From the NCBI GenBank assembly GCA_016198685.1, contig JACQID010000004.1, positions 224,001 to 288,000 on the forward strand: a stretch of DNA of 64,000 nucleotides, read 5' to 3'. How positions within the stretch are numbered: position 1 is the stretch's first letter; each line of letters opens with the position of its first letter. The notes beneath the pieces are model-generated. The model searched no databases and was not told the DNA's origin. It worked only from the letters and a program-made list of their open reading frames with translations. The translations under genes and the position numbers were made by a program. Of this stretch, positions 11,036 through 19,274 are shown one piece after another. This DNA comes from Candidatus Aenigmatarchaeota archaeon. Its GTDB lineage: Archaea; Aenigmatarchaeota; Aenigmatarchaeia; GW2011-AR5.

Positions 11036-11671
11036 ATGAAGATAGGAATTCTAGGTTCCGGCGTTGTTGGCCAAACACTGGGAATCGGGCTTATGGGCCA
11101 AGGGCATGAAGTTACTATAGGAACTAGAGACTCTGGAAAACTGAACGAATGGCTTTTGAAAGCCGGCAGTAAAGCTTCTGTAGGTTCATTTTACGATGCG
11201 GCAAAGTTCGGGGAAGTTATATTCATAGCTACAGTATGGACAGGCACCGAAAATGCCATTAATCTTGCAGGGAAAGAAAACTTTGCAGGTAAGATAGTCG
11301 TAGACGTCACTAATCCTCTGGATTTTTCAAAAGGCACTCCTGCCCCTGCAGTCTCTTATCCTCTTTCGGCATCCGAACAAATACAGAACTGGCTTCCGGC
11401 CGCAAAGGTTGTTAAAGCATTCAACATAGTGCCTGCGCATGTTCAGGTAACCCCGAAATCCCTGGGCGATGCCGATCTTTTCATTGCAGGAAACCACAAA
11501 GACGCCAAGGAATTTGTGCGTGAAACCGCAAAACGCTGGGGCTGGTCAGATGTCATAGACATGGGCGACATCAAAGCTGCATATTGGGTAGAGATGCTCG
11601 GCTTGGCAGTAATAAATTACGGCTTCAAGCACAACGATTGGAATTTCGCACTGAAGCTCTTGAGGAAATGA
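11036..11671 (+). CDS. F420-dependent NADP oxidoreductase family protein
   Basis: KIGILGSGVVG, IGTRD, VVDVTNP, VVKAFN and GD motifs. Confidence 0.85.
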   Translation: MKIGILGSGVVGQTLGIGLMGQGHEVTIGTRDSGKLNEWLLKAGSKASVGSFYDAAKFGEVIFIATVWTGTENAINLAGKENFAGKIVVDVTNPLDFSKGTPAPAVSYPLSASEQIQNWLPAAKVVKAFNIVPAHVQVTPKSLGDADLFIAGNHKDAKEFVRETAKRWGWSDVIDMGDIKAAYWVEMLGLAVINYGFKHNDWNFALKLLRK

Positions 11672-11681
11672 TATGATTCTA

Positions 11682-14249
11682 TTATCTTTCCGGAATTAAA
11701 TGAAGAAGATTCAGGCGCCTAAATTCTTGATATAACTCATTATCACTTTTTCTCAACTCGCGTCTGGTTGCATTAGTGTGGTTCATAAGAAGCCGCAAAA
11801 GTAAATCTTCCACTACAGCCTTGGGCTCATAAAGTGTCATATTCCTTGGCATTGTTATGGTGATATATTCATTTCCATCGATAGTTGTTGCAGGTAGGCT
11901 CTCTAGAATCGTTTTCATATTTGTTCTTAAGTTAGTAAAAAGATAACGGGACACAGTATCCTGCAGGTCATCTAATCCGCTTTCGTGCTGGAAAGCGAAT
12001 TGCGTGCAGATCTCATGATTTGTTTGGCCATCTATGGATGCATCGGGCTTTCTTTTGCCCCTTTTTGATTCCATCACATTTCTATCTACGTTAAATTCGA
12101 AGTATTCTTTAGGTATTTCAAGGACCGGGTCGGTATATTTTCTAGAGGTGATTACGTAGACAGAGAATTTGCTGTCCTTAGGCTCTGTAGCCATTACCTT
12201 TCCTGACAGTTCCGGTATCACTTCAAATCCCGCAAGTTTCATTCCGGCGTATAACTTGTCTAAATCGAGGTCAAGGTAAGCCGGAAGCGCTTGTATATTG
12301 AATGCACGTTTTCTTGATACGCGATTCTGCTCCTTTATCGACATCTCCCTTTCCCTTATTATGCGTCCGGTCATGTCCGTTCTTTCCAGTTCCGTATGGT
12401 TCAAACCCAGAGAGCACAAAACAAGATCGAACTCGTCATTTGTAAAGGGAAGTGCATGCAAATAGCCCTTGTGATATTCATTATCAGGATGGGCGCCCAT
12501 GATTTTTGCCTTTTCAAAATTGGCAATATTTATGTCAAGACTTACCGTAGGTATTCCCATCGCCATTGAGAGGATGGCGGGTCCGGAGGGGGCATCAAGT
12601 ATTCTTGATATCTTCTCGCCGCTTCCTTGCAAGCCTTCAATTATTCTCTTGTATACTTGTGCAGTTTTTCCAGAGTAAGACATAGGCCAATTATGCATAT
12701 AATAATCTGCAAAATCCGAGGCTGTCCTGCCGTCATTAGCATAGATCAACCTTTCGTTGGATTCAGCGCTTCTACCGGCCATCACAGTCAATATCCTTCT
12801 TACGTGCTGGGCGGGCGTATAAATCACGTCAAGTATAGGTCGTTTTGTATGAACGGGCGAATCTGACACCAGTTTGCCGTCCTCAAGCTTTACCCTTCCG
12901 CCCCTCATGGCAATATCTATAATTCTCTTCTTATCTGACACAAGATGATTTATGCCTGCATCGATGGAGCCTCTGGGATGCATAGGGTAATTGACAACGA
13001 GTTGCGTGATGCGTACCGGCTTTTCCTGACCTCTTCTGTCTATCCTTTTTGTCATTTGATATAGCGGGCCATAACTATATGGAAGATCGAGAAGGAATTC
13101 CTGCGATGCTGCAACCAGTGGAAGCGACTCGCCCATGGTATGCGGATTCGATATCAAGACACAATGCTCCGGGGAATTTTCAAAAAGATGCCTCACAATC
13201 TCGCGTTCGCTTTCTTTGCCCATCCGACCAGTCGGTACGCTGCCGTCTATCCTTAGCGCCTTGTGCTTCTTGTAACGTTCTTCGAGTTTCCGTGTGACAC
13301 CGTTCACAAATCTTGAAGAAAATACAACGCATTTTTCCCCATTTGCTATCGCGTTGCCTACAAGGCGGTCAAGCTCAAGGTATTTCGATGATTCTATATC
13401 GTTTAATTTTTCGCGTAGTACCGGATCTGTTATCATGTCTGGCTCTACAAGAGACGGGTCCAGCGAAGCCTTCCTAAGTTGGTCAAGCTTTTCGGTAGGT
13501 GATATGTCTTCATAGGCAAGAACTGCAGCATAGACTGCTGCATGATCTGGATTCATTTCCACAAAGCAGGTGCTTATCTCAGGTAATTCGACATCACCTC
13601 TCCTCAGCATTTTCCTGTTCAGGACGCTTCCGAGAACAAGAGGATTTTTTTGATATGCTCTTGCCACATGCCATGGCGTTGGGTAATTTTCAGGCTCAAG
13701 CATGCTTATGAGGTTGAACATATCGGACATGCCGTCCGGCACAGGAGTTGCGGTAAGCAGTGCAAGATATTTCGCCCTGTCCGTTAACCTTCTCATATTA
13801 TACCGGTGCGTCTTGGGGTCTCCTGTATGATGCTCCTCATCAACAATAACATAGTCGGGCTTGAAGTTTTCAAGCGCCTGAGTTACTTTATCCCGCGTAG
13901 TCTTGACGCCAAAAACGTCATGATTGACTATGATGGCATCCGAGTCCAAAACGACCCTATCAAGAGATCGTGTGCCATAGTCATTCAGAAGCGTGGTCCT
14001 TAGCCGAGGATAATTGGTGCCCAGTTGTGACTTCCAGTATTCAAGGCCAGAATTTGGCACTACAGCTAGAGTCTTAGGCATACGGCCCGTGCCTATCTCA
14101 ATGAGCCTGATAGCGCCTATGGCTTGCTGTGTCTTCCCAAAGCCGCCGCCGTCTGCTATGAGTATTCTGCCTTCATCATATATCTTGAAAGAGCCGTACT
14201 CCTGCTGTATATTGGGCCTTATGACCGAGACTTCCCTGTAAGTTGTCAT
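11682..14249 (-). CDS. SNF2-type helicase/ATPase fused to a class I SAM-methyltransferase-like domain
   Basis: ILIADGGGFGKT, VVPNS..W, VIVDEEHH, LLTATP, KCVVFS, QMTKRIDRRGQ; then RILDAPSGP, SLDIN, HALPF.NDEFDLVLCSLGL. Confidence 0.85.
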   Translation of the reverse strand: MTTYREVSVIRPNIQQEYGSFKIYDEGRILIADGGGFGKTQQAIGAIRLIEIGTGRMPKTLAVVPNSGLEYWKSQLGTNYPRLRTTLLNDYGTRSLDRVVLDSDAIIVNHDVFGVKTTRDKVTQALENFKPDYVIVDEEHHTGDPKTHRYNMRRLTDRAKYLALLTATPVPDGMSDMFNLISMLEPENYPTPWHVARAYQKNPLVLGSVLNRKMLRRGDVELPEISTCFVEMNPDHAAVYAAVLAYEDISPTEKLDQLRKASLDPSLVEPDMITDPVLREKLNDIESSKYLELDRLVGNAIANGEKCVVFSSRFVNGVTRKLEERYKKHKALRIDGSVPTGRMGKESEREIVRHLFENSPEHCVLISNPHTMGESLPLVAASQEFLLDLPYSYGPLYQMTKRIDRRGQEKPVRITQLVVNYPMHPRGSIDAGINHLVSDKKRIIDIAMRGGRVKLEDGKLVSDSPVHTKRPILDVIYTPAQHVRRILTVMAGRSAESNERLIYANDGRTASDFADYYMHNWPMSYSGKTAQVYKRIIEGLQGSGEKISRILDAPSGPAILSMAMGIPTVSLDINIANFEKAKIMGAHPDNEYHKGYLHALPFTNDEFDLVLCSLGLNHTELERTDMTGRIIREREMSIKEQNRVSRKRAFNIQALPAYLDLDLDKLYAGMKLAGFEVIPELSGKVMATEPKDSKFSVYVITSRKYTDPVLEIPKEYFEFNVDRNVMESKRGKRKPDASIDGQTNHEICTQFAFQHESGLDDLQDTVSRYLFTNLRTNMKTILESLPATTIDGNEYITITMPRNMTLYEPKAVVEDLLLRLLMNHTNATRRELRKSDNELYQEFRRLNLLHLIPER

Positions 14250-15943
14250 GCCATAGCCTCCTTTTCAGGCATTAATTTCCTGGCTTTCCTTGTGAGCGTT
14301 AAGAATCTCTGGAATTCGTCATAAAGGGTTCCGTGAAGCCATTTCAAGGGTTCGTTACCTTCTGCGATAGCTTTTTCCTTTATCAAGCCGAGCAGGGTTT
14401 CTTCATCCTCATGCGAGGGATATTCATCATTTCGGAGCAGAGACATGTAATAATCCCTTCCTATCTTGAGGAAGCCTTCGCGGAGCATCTTATCGTTGTT
14501 TATTATTGGCATAGGTATGCTCCCTATAACGTCGCCGCCAAAGCCGGACAGGTCCGGTCTTTTGAATCTGCCTATGTAAGGACCCAATGAGGGCAGATAT
14601 TCATATGCCACCTCTTCGTCGACTATGCCAGGATAATAAAGGGCCAGAATCCTCGCGGCAAGCATGTCTATCATGCCACCTGCTGTGCTTCCATGGTAGA
14701 ATAATGACACAACCCTTTGCGCATCTTCATGCGTCTCGACAAACTCCCTGAAGGATGGGGCGTCGTTAATTTTAACGACGGAATTTATACCTCTGCCATT
14801 ATCAAAATTAAAGTTATGCGCTTCTGCTGGTGTCATCGGTGTTATTCCAGCTCTTAATAACCAACGTCTTGCACGAGTATTCTTAATTCCTAAGTATTTT
14901 CCAAGATAATTCGCACTTCTGTAACCAGGATTTTGCTCAACAAGCTTCGCCAAATCCCCATCTGCAATCATTTTGACACCGGTTCTTATTTCATGAGACA
15001 ATAACAAAGCTTCTTGTTGTGTCATCGGTGTTATTCCAGCTCTTAATAACATGCCTTTGGCGCCTGTAGGACTAATTCCCAAATATTTTGCAAGCATACT
15101 TTCACTCGCATATTCAGGGTTTTCTTTAACAATATCTACAAGTTCCTGATCAGTGAGCATTTTTACATCGGGCGAGAAGATAATATGTCTAGATTCAACT
15201 CTAGACATTGGTTCTATCCCAGCTTTTCTCAAATATCTTGCCGCTGCTCCATTACCAATATTTAAGTATGTACTTAGTATGAGAGCACTTCTATACTTAG
15301 GTTCCCGCTCTACAAGTGCTACTAACTCCTGACTTGTTAAAATTTTTACATTAGAGCCATTATATTTGACTAATTTACCTTCAGACAGATTCATAGGTTG
15401 TATGTTTGCAGCGTTCAAATAGTTTCTTGCAGTGCTAGGGCTTACACCTAAATAGCCAGCTAGAATAGTGGGGCTTCTCATGGCAGGATCGTCCTCAATG
15501 AGTTCTTTTAACGCCTCCTCGCTTGGCTTATTCTTATAATGTCCTCCAAGATGCTGTACCAACTTGGCCTCGCTGATAGTCATTGTTTTTATGCCAGCAA
15601 GCAATAGATATCTTGTTGCGGCAGCAGGACTTACACCCAAATGTTTAGATAAAATACTAGGACTTCTCATGGCAGGATCGTCCTCAATGAGTTCTTTTAA
15701 CGCCTCCTCGCTTGGCTTATTCTTATAAGGTTGTTTAAAATGTTGAACCAATTTTCCTTCAGTAATATTCATTGGCTCTATGCCTGCAGATAACAAATAT
15801 TCTCTAGCAGCACTTCTACTCATATTCAAATATGTTGCAAGTGAAGTGCTGCTTCTATACTCAGGATGGTTTTGTACCAGCATTCGCAACGCTTCATTAC
15901 TAATTCTGGTTTTATAAGATGGCATACTTTCATCCTTAACCAA
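14246..15943 (-). CDS. Protein with six tandem HTH-like repeats + unknown ~175-aa C-terminal domain (start may be ATG 15925)
   Basis: Repeats at aa 14-76, 77-139, 140-201, 202-262, 263-325, 326-388; ATGA overlap with the next gene, with AGGAGG upstream of that ATG. Confidence 0.85.
   Translation of the reverse strand: MVKDESMPSYKTRISNEALRMLVQNHPEYRSSTSLATYLNMSRSAAREYLLSAGIEPMNITEGKLVQHFKQPYKNKPSEEALKELIEDDPAMRSPSILSKHLGVSPAAATRYLLLAGIKTMTISEAKLVQHLGGHYKNKPSEEALKELIEDDPAMRSPTILAGYLGVSPSTARNYLNAANIQPMNLSEGKLVKYNGSNVKILTSQELVALVEREPKYRSALILSTYLNIGNGAAARYLRKAGIEPMSRVESRHIIFSPDVKMLTDQELVDIVKENPEYASESMLAKYLGISPTGAKGMLLRAGITPMTQQEALLLSHEIRTGVKMIADGDLAKLVEQNPGYRSANYLGKYLGIKNTRARRWLLRAGITPMTPAEAHNFNFDNGRGINSVVKINDAPSFREFVETHEDAQRVVSLFYHGSTAGGMIDMLAARILALYYPGIVDEEVAYEYLPSLGPYIGRFKRPDLSGFGGDVIGSIPMPIINNDKMLREGFLKIGRDYYMSLLRNDEYPSHEDEETLLGLIKEKAIAEGNEPLKWLHGTLYDEFQRFLTLTRKARKLMPEKEAMA
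14780..15904 (-). repeat. Intragenic tandem repeat with a 183-189-bp period
   Basis: Identical 66-bp blocks at 15474-15539 and 15663-15728; identical 31-bp blocks starting at 14831 and 15020; both pairs are 189 bp apart. Confidence 0.92.
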
Positions 15944-16121
15944 TTAGGAAGGAAAGTATAAATACTTTACTATTTATAAGTAATAAATATTTAAGTTTCT
16001 AAATATACTAACGAATGGATGTATGAGTTCGTGACTTTCTATATATTGGGAGATACAAATATAGAAAGTATATGTTCTATTTACTATATTAATCACAATA
16101 AAAATGATATCAAAATTTTAA

Positions 16122-16194
16122 AGCCGCCTGAGGGGATCGAACCCCCGACCTGCAGTTTACAAAACTGCCGCTCTACCAGCTGAGCTAAGGCGGC
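16122..16194 (-). tRNA. tRNA-Thr (UGU), no encoded CCA
   Basis: GCCGCCT acceptor, GCAGT-TT TGT AA-ACTGC anticodon arm, GGTTCGATCC T arm. Confidence 0.97.
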
Positions 16195-16226
16195 GCTTTT
16201 AGAAATAAGGAAAGAACTCTTTTAAT

Positions 16227-16646
16227 TCATATGTCCAGAAGCTTCAGGCCGGTTTCTGCGTCATATTTTCTCTCGACCTCGAATGGCAATACTTTCAGAA
16301 ATACTTCGAGCGTGCCTGCGGCAACCATTTCCATGACATGGCCGCCAAAGGCATGAAATTTCTCATCTGCTATCGTGGCATGGGCGTGAATTATCGGCCT
16401 GCCTTCGTGCATCGAAGAATTGCCTATGAGACCGGTAACTTCGAATTCGCCTTTGAACGTCTTGCGATGGTACTGCTTGTCTTTAAGGGAATAGAACGCA
16501 AGCTCCGCTTCCGTCACCGCACCTATTGCATCGAACTTGGAAAATTTTATCTTATTCTCGCCCAAAAAGTTAAGCAGAGTTTCCGCCAGCCTGTCGCCTT
16601 TCTCAAGTTTTATGAGATAAGAGTCCGATTTCTTTATGCACTTCAT
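16227..16646 (-). CDS. PPC/DUF296 domain protein
   Basis: LEKGD.L, AIGAV, FEVTGLIGN, HAHATIAD..GGH; ATGA overlap with mscS. Confidence 0.9.
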   Translation of the reverse strand: MKCIKKSDSYLIKLEKGDRLAETLLNFLGENKIKFSKFDAIGAVTEAELAFYSLKDKQYHRKTFKGEFEVTGLIGNSSMHEGRPIIHAHATIADEKFHAFGGHVMEMVAAGTLEVFLKVLPFEVERKYDAETGLKLLDI

Positions 16647-17731
16647 TTTTTCACACGTTCTTTTGTAAGATGAACAACCTGCGTCGGATACGCAAATTCT
16701 ATGCATTCCTCCTTGAATTTTTGCATGATGCCTATGTTTATTTCCTGTTGTATGTCCATGTAGATGTTGTAGTTTGCAGATTTTATATAATAAACAACTT
16801 CAAATACAAGGCTAAAATCTCCAAATTTCTGGAAATGAGCCCTGTCAATTTCAGCATCATTGATTTTGCGTATTATGTCAAATATCATGACCGGTATCTG
16901 CTGTATTTTTTCCACCGGCGTCTCGTATTTGATGCCAAAATTGAAAACAACCCTCCTCTTCTCCATTCTCTTGTAATTATTGACCCGTGCTTCAGTAAGT
17001 TCCTTGTTTGATATTATCAGTTCCTGACCCTGAAGCGTCTGCATCCTTGTTGATTTTATGCCTATATTCTTCACTACACCCATGTCATTTCCCACTATTA
17101 TAAAATCCCCCTTCTTGAAGGGTCTGTCAAAAAATATCGAAAACGAAGCAAAGACGTCATCAAGGACATTCTGGAGAGCGAATGCCACAGCCACTCCGCC
17201 TATGCCAAGCCCTGCTATGAGCGGTGTTATGTTGAAGCCTAGGTTAATTAGAACAAAGAAAAATCCAAGTATCCAGAGGGATATATTGAAAATCTTTGAC
17301 AATATTTCTATCATTTCTGTATCAGAATCGCCTTCCTGCATGCGTTTAGCTGATATTTTTTGTGCTCCATATTCTATTATTCCGTTGAGTATCACGATAG
17401 TATAATAAGTCCCTATTATTGTAATCCCAGAAAACATCAGCATACGGATTATGTCGGGTATCTTTACAAAGTGTGTGGCAAGATAGAGGGATATGAACAG
17501 ATAAAGCGGGAGACCGATCTTGTCTGCCATGCTAACAATAAGATCATCAAACTGCGTTTTTGTGGACTTAACAATGACTTTGAGTTTCAACAATACCAGA
17601 GCCTTGAACACCTTTAGTAATATGAAGGAAATAAAGAATACTGCAGTTGCTGCAATGTAATCTTGCGCAATATTGCCGGCAAATTGTTGATTGAGGAAAA
17701 ATTCTAATTCCATGTTATAATAAGAGATCAA
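16643..17731 (-). CDS. mscS: Small-conductance mechanosensitive channel
   Basis: AGLGIGGVAVAFALQ, DRPFKKGDFI, IGIKSTR and YVFEVVYY-like C-terminal motifs. Confidence 0.92.
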   Translation of the reverse strand: MISYYNMELEFFLNQQFAGNIAQDYIAATAVFFISFILLKVFKALVLLKLKVIVKSTKTQFDDLIVSMADKIGLPLYLFISLYLATHFVKIPDIIRMLMFSGITIIGTYYTIVILNGIIEYGAQKISAKRMQEGDSDTEMIEILSKIFNISLWILGFFFVLINLGFNITPLIAGLGIGGVAVAFALQNVLDDVFASFSIFFDRPFKKGDFIIVGNDMGVVKNIGIKSTRMQTLQGQELIISNKELTEARVNNYKRMEKRRVVFNFGIKYETPVEKIQQIPVMIFDIIRKINDAEIDRAHFQKFGDFSLVFEVVYYIKSANYNIYMDIQQEINIGIMQKFKEECIEFAYPTQVVHLTKERVKK

Positions 17732-17793
17732 ATGATATTTAAGTTATTATAAAAACGCATTTATAGCTCAATGGCTAAATAACGTAGGATTTT

Positions 17794-19185
17794 ATGAACA
17801 CTGCCCATATAGAGATTTCTGACCGCGAAGAAGCAGGATGTGTTTTTCTTATCTCCAAAGAGGAAGCATCAAAGCTTGGTATTCCTGAGTTCGCAGGCGA
17901 GGAAGGAGAAAGTTATGTTTCTCTGAAAACACCTATTCCAAAGATATATGCCGGGATGGGAGAAGAAAAATCGCTGTCCCTTGAAGGTGTCAGAAGGGGG
18001 GTTTCTTCTGGAATCGACCGGGCGCTTTCCATGAAACTTAAAACTCTGTCAATAGGTTTTCAGAATGCATGTCTTGGTGAGGTTGCAATGGTTGGCGCAA
18101 TCGCTGATGCGTCTGTGCTTGCAACTTATGTATTCTCGAAATACAAACCCCCGAAAAATGTAATTGAAAGAATTTCGATAAAGGCGCGAGATAAGCATCA
18201 GCCAGTCCTCAAAAGAGCTATTCTAACTTCTGAAAATGCTAATTTTCTCAAAGAATGGATAAGCGAAAGCCCGACTATCATGAACACCGCAGAAATGGAG
18301 AAGCTATGCAGGGAAGTATGTGAAAAGGCAGGCCTGAAAGTCACGGTATTTGGGGAAGAAAAGCTCAGGGAGATGGGCATGGAGATGATACTTGCAGTTG
18401 GCCGTGGCGCGTCTTCAGGCCCGCGCATGATACTTGCAGAGTATAACGGCGGTGCTTCCGGCAAAAAGAAAATAGCTCTTGTCGGCAAAGGCATCACTTT
18501 TGATTCCGGGGGAATGAACCTGAAGCCTACAGGTCACATAGAGACCATGAAAATCGATAAAGCTGGCGCCCTTACAGTGCTTGCGGCCATGAAAACTGCA
18601 GCAGAGTTGAAACTTAACGTCAATATAATAGGCATAATGCCTTTCTGCGAGAATATGATAGGCCCCAATTCCTATAAGCCCGGTGATATACTTCGTTCAT
18701 ATTCAGGGAAGACCGTTGAAATTACGAATACAGATGCCGAGGGAAGGCTGATTCTTGGAGATGCGCTTGCTTATGCTGTTGAACAGAAGCCTGATTGCAT
18801 AATTGACCTTGCCACCCTCACAGGCGCCTGCGTTGCAGCCTTAGGCGAATTCACTGCAGGCTTGTTCTCGAGCGACAAGGAACTTGTCAAAAAGCTTTAT
18901 GAATCCGGCGAAATCACAGGCGAAAGAGTATGGCACCTGCCCCTGCACAAGGACTACAGCAAGGAGATGGAAGGAAATATATCAGACCTTAAGAATGCCC
19001 TGACAGGCAGGGTGCCCGGGGCAGTCATGGGAGCGGCGTTCCTCCAGAATTTTGTTGGCAAAACCCCTTGGGCGCACCTCGATATTGCCGGCACTGCATG
19101 GTGGGACAAAAAAAGATATTATGTTCCTCAAGGACCTACTGGCTGGGGAGTCAGGCTCCTTGCTGATTTTCTTGAGAAAATGTAA
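17794..19185 (+). CDS. pepA: Leucyl aminopeptidase (M17)
   Basis: GKGITFDSGG, MKIDKAG, NTDAEGRL and DLATLTGA motifs. Confidence 0.95.
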   Translation: MNTAHIEISDREEAGCVFLISKEEASKLGIPEFAGEEGESYVSLKTPIPKIYAGMGEEKSLSLEGVRRGVSSGIDRALSMKLKTLSIGFQNACLGEVAMVGAIADASVLATYVFSKYKPPKNVIERISIKARDKHQPVLKRAILTSENANFLKEWISESPTIMNTAEMEKLCREVCEKAGLKVTVFGEEKLREMGMEMILAVGRGASSGPRMILAEYNGGASGKKKIALVGKGITFDSGGMNLKPTGHIETMKIDKAGALTVLAAMKTAAELKLNVNIIGIMPFCENMIGPNSYKPGDILRSYSGKTVEITNTDAEGRLILGDALAYAVEQKPDCIIDLATLTGACVAALGEFTAGLFSSDKELVKKLYESGEITGERVWHLPLHKDYSKEMEGNISDLKNALTGRVPGAVMGAAFLQNFVGKTPWAHLDIAGTAWWDKKRYYVPQGPTGWGVRLLADFLEKM

Positions 19186-19274
19186 CTTCTTTTACGTCAT
19201 CAAAATCCGGATGACTTCGGCTTTAAATATTCCCGGCCTTATGGCAAAATATAAAAGCCTCCGGGCTTAACACA

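Noticed and set aside
11640-11700. attL/attR duplicate of the tRNA-Thr 3' end at the far side of the SNF2 cassette
   Set aside because: No AGCCGCCTGAGGGG-like copy was seen and there is no integrase, so 'island' status rests on position and content only
11682-14249. Type III/IIG restriction-modification or DISARM/BREX component
   Set aside because: No NPPY/DPPY or PC motif, no nuclease motif, and none of the partner genes
14780-15904. Regularly spaced DNA repeats as a possible CRISPR array
   Set aside because: The period is a multiple of 3 inside one open frame, the repeats are degenerate, and there are no cas genes
5518-19185. Three aminopeptidases (M24, M1, M17) within 14 kb
   Set aside because: They are not co-transcribed and are ordinary for a peptide-scavenging archaeon
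19192-19216. Inverted repeat GTCATC-N8-GATGAC between pepA and korA
   Set aside because: Single short stem that could be a terminator, an operator or chance; no supporting context
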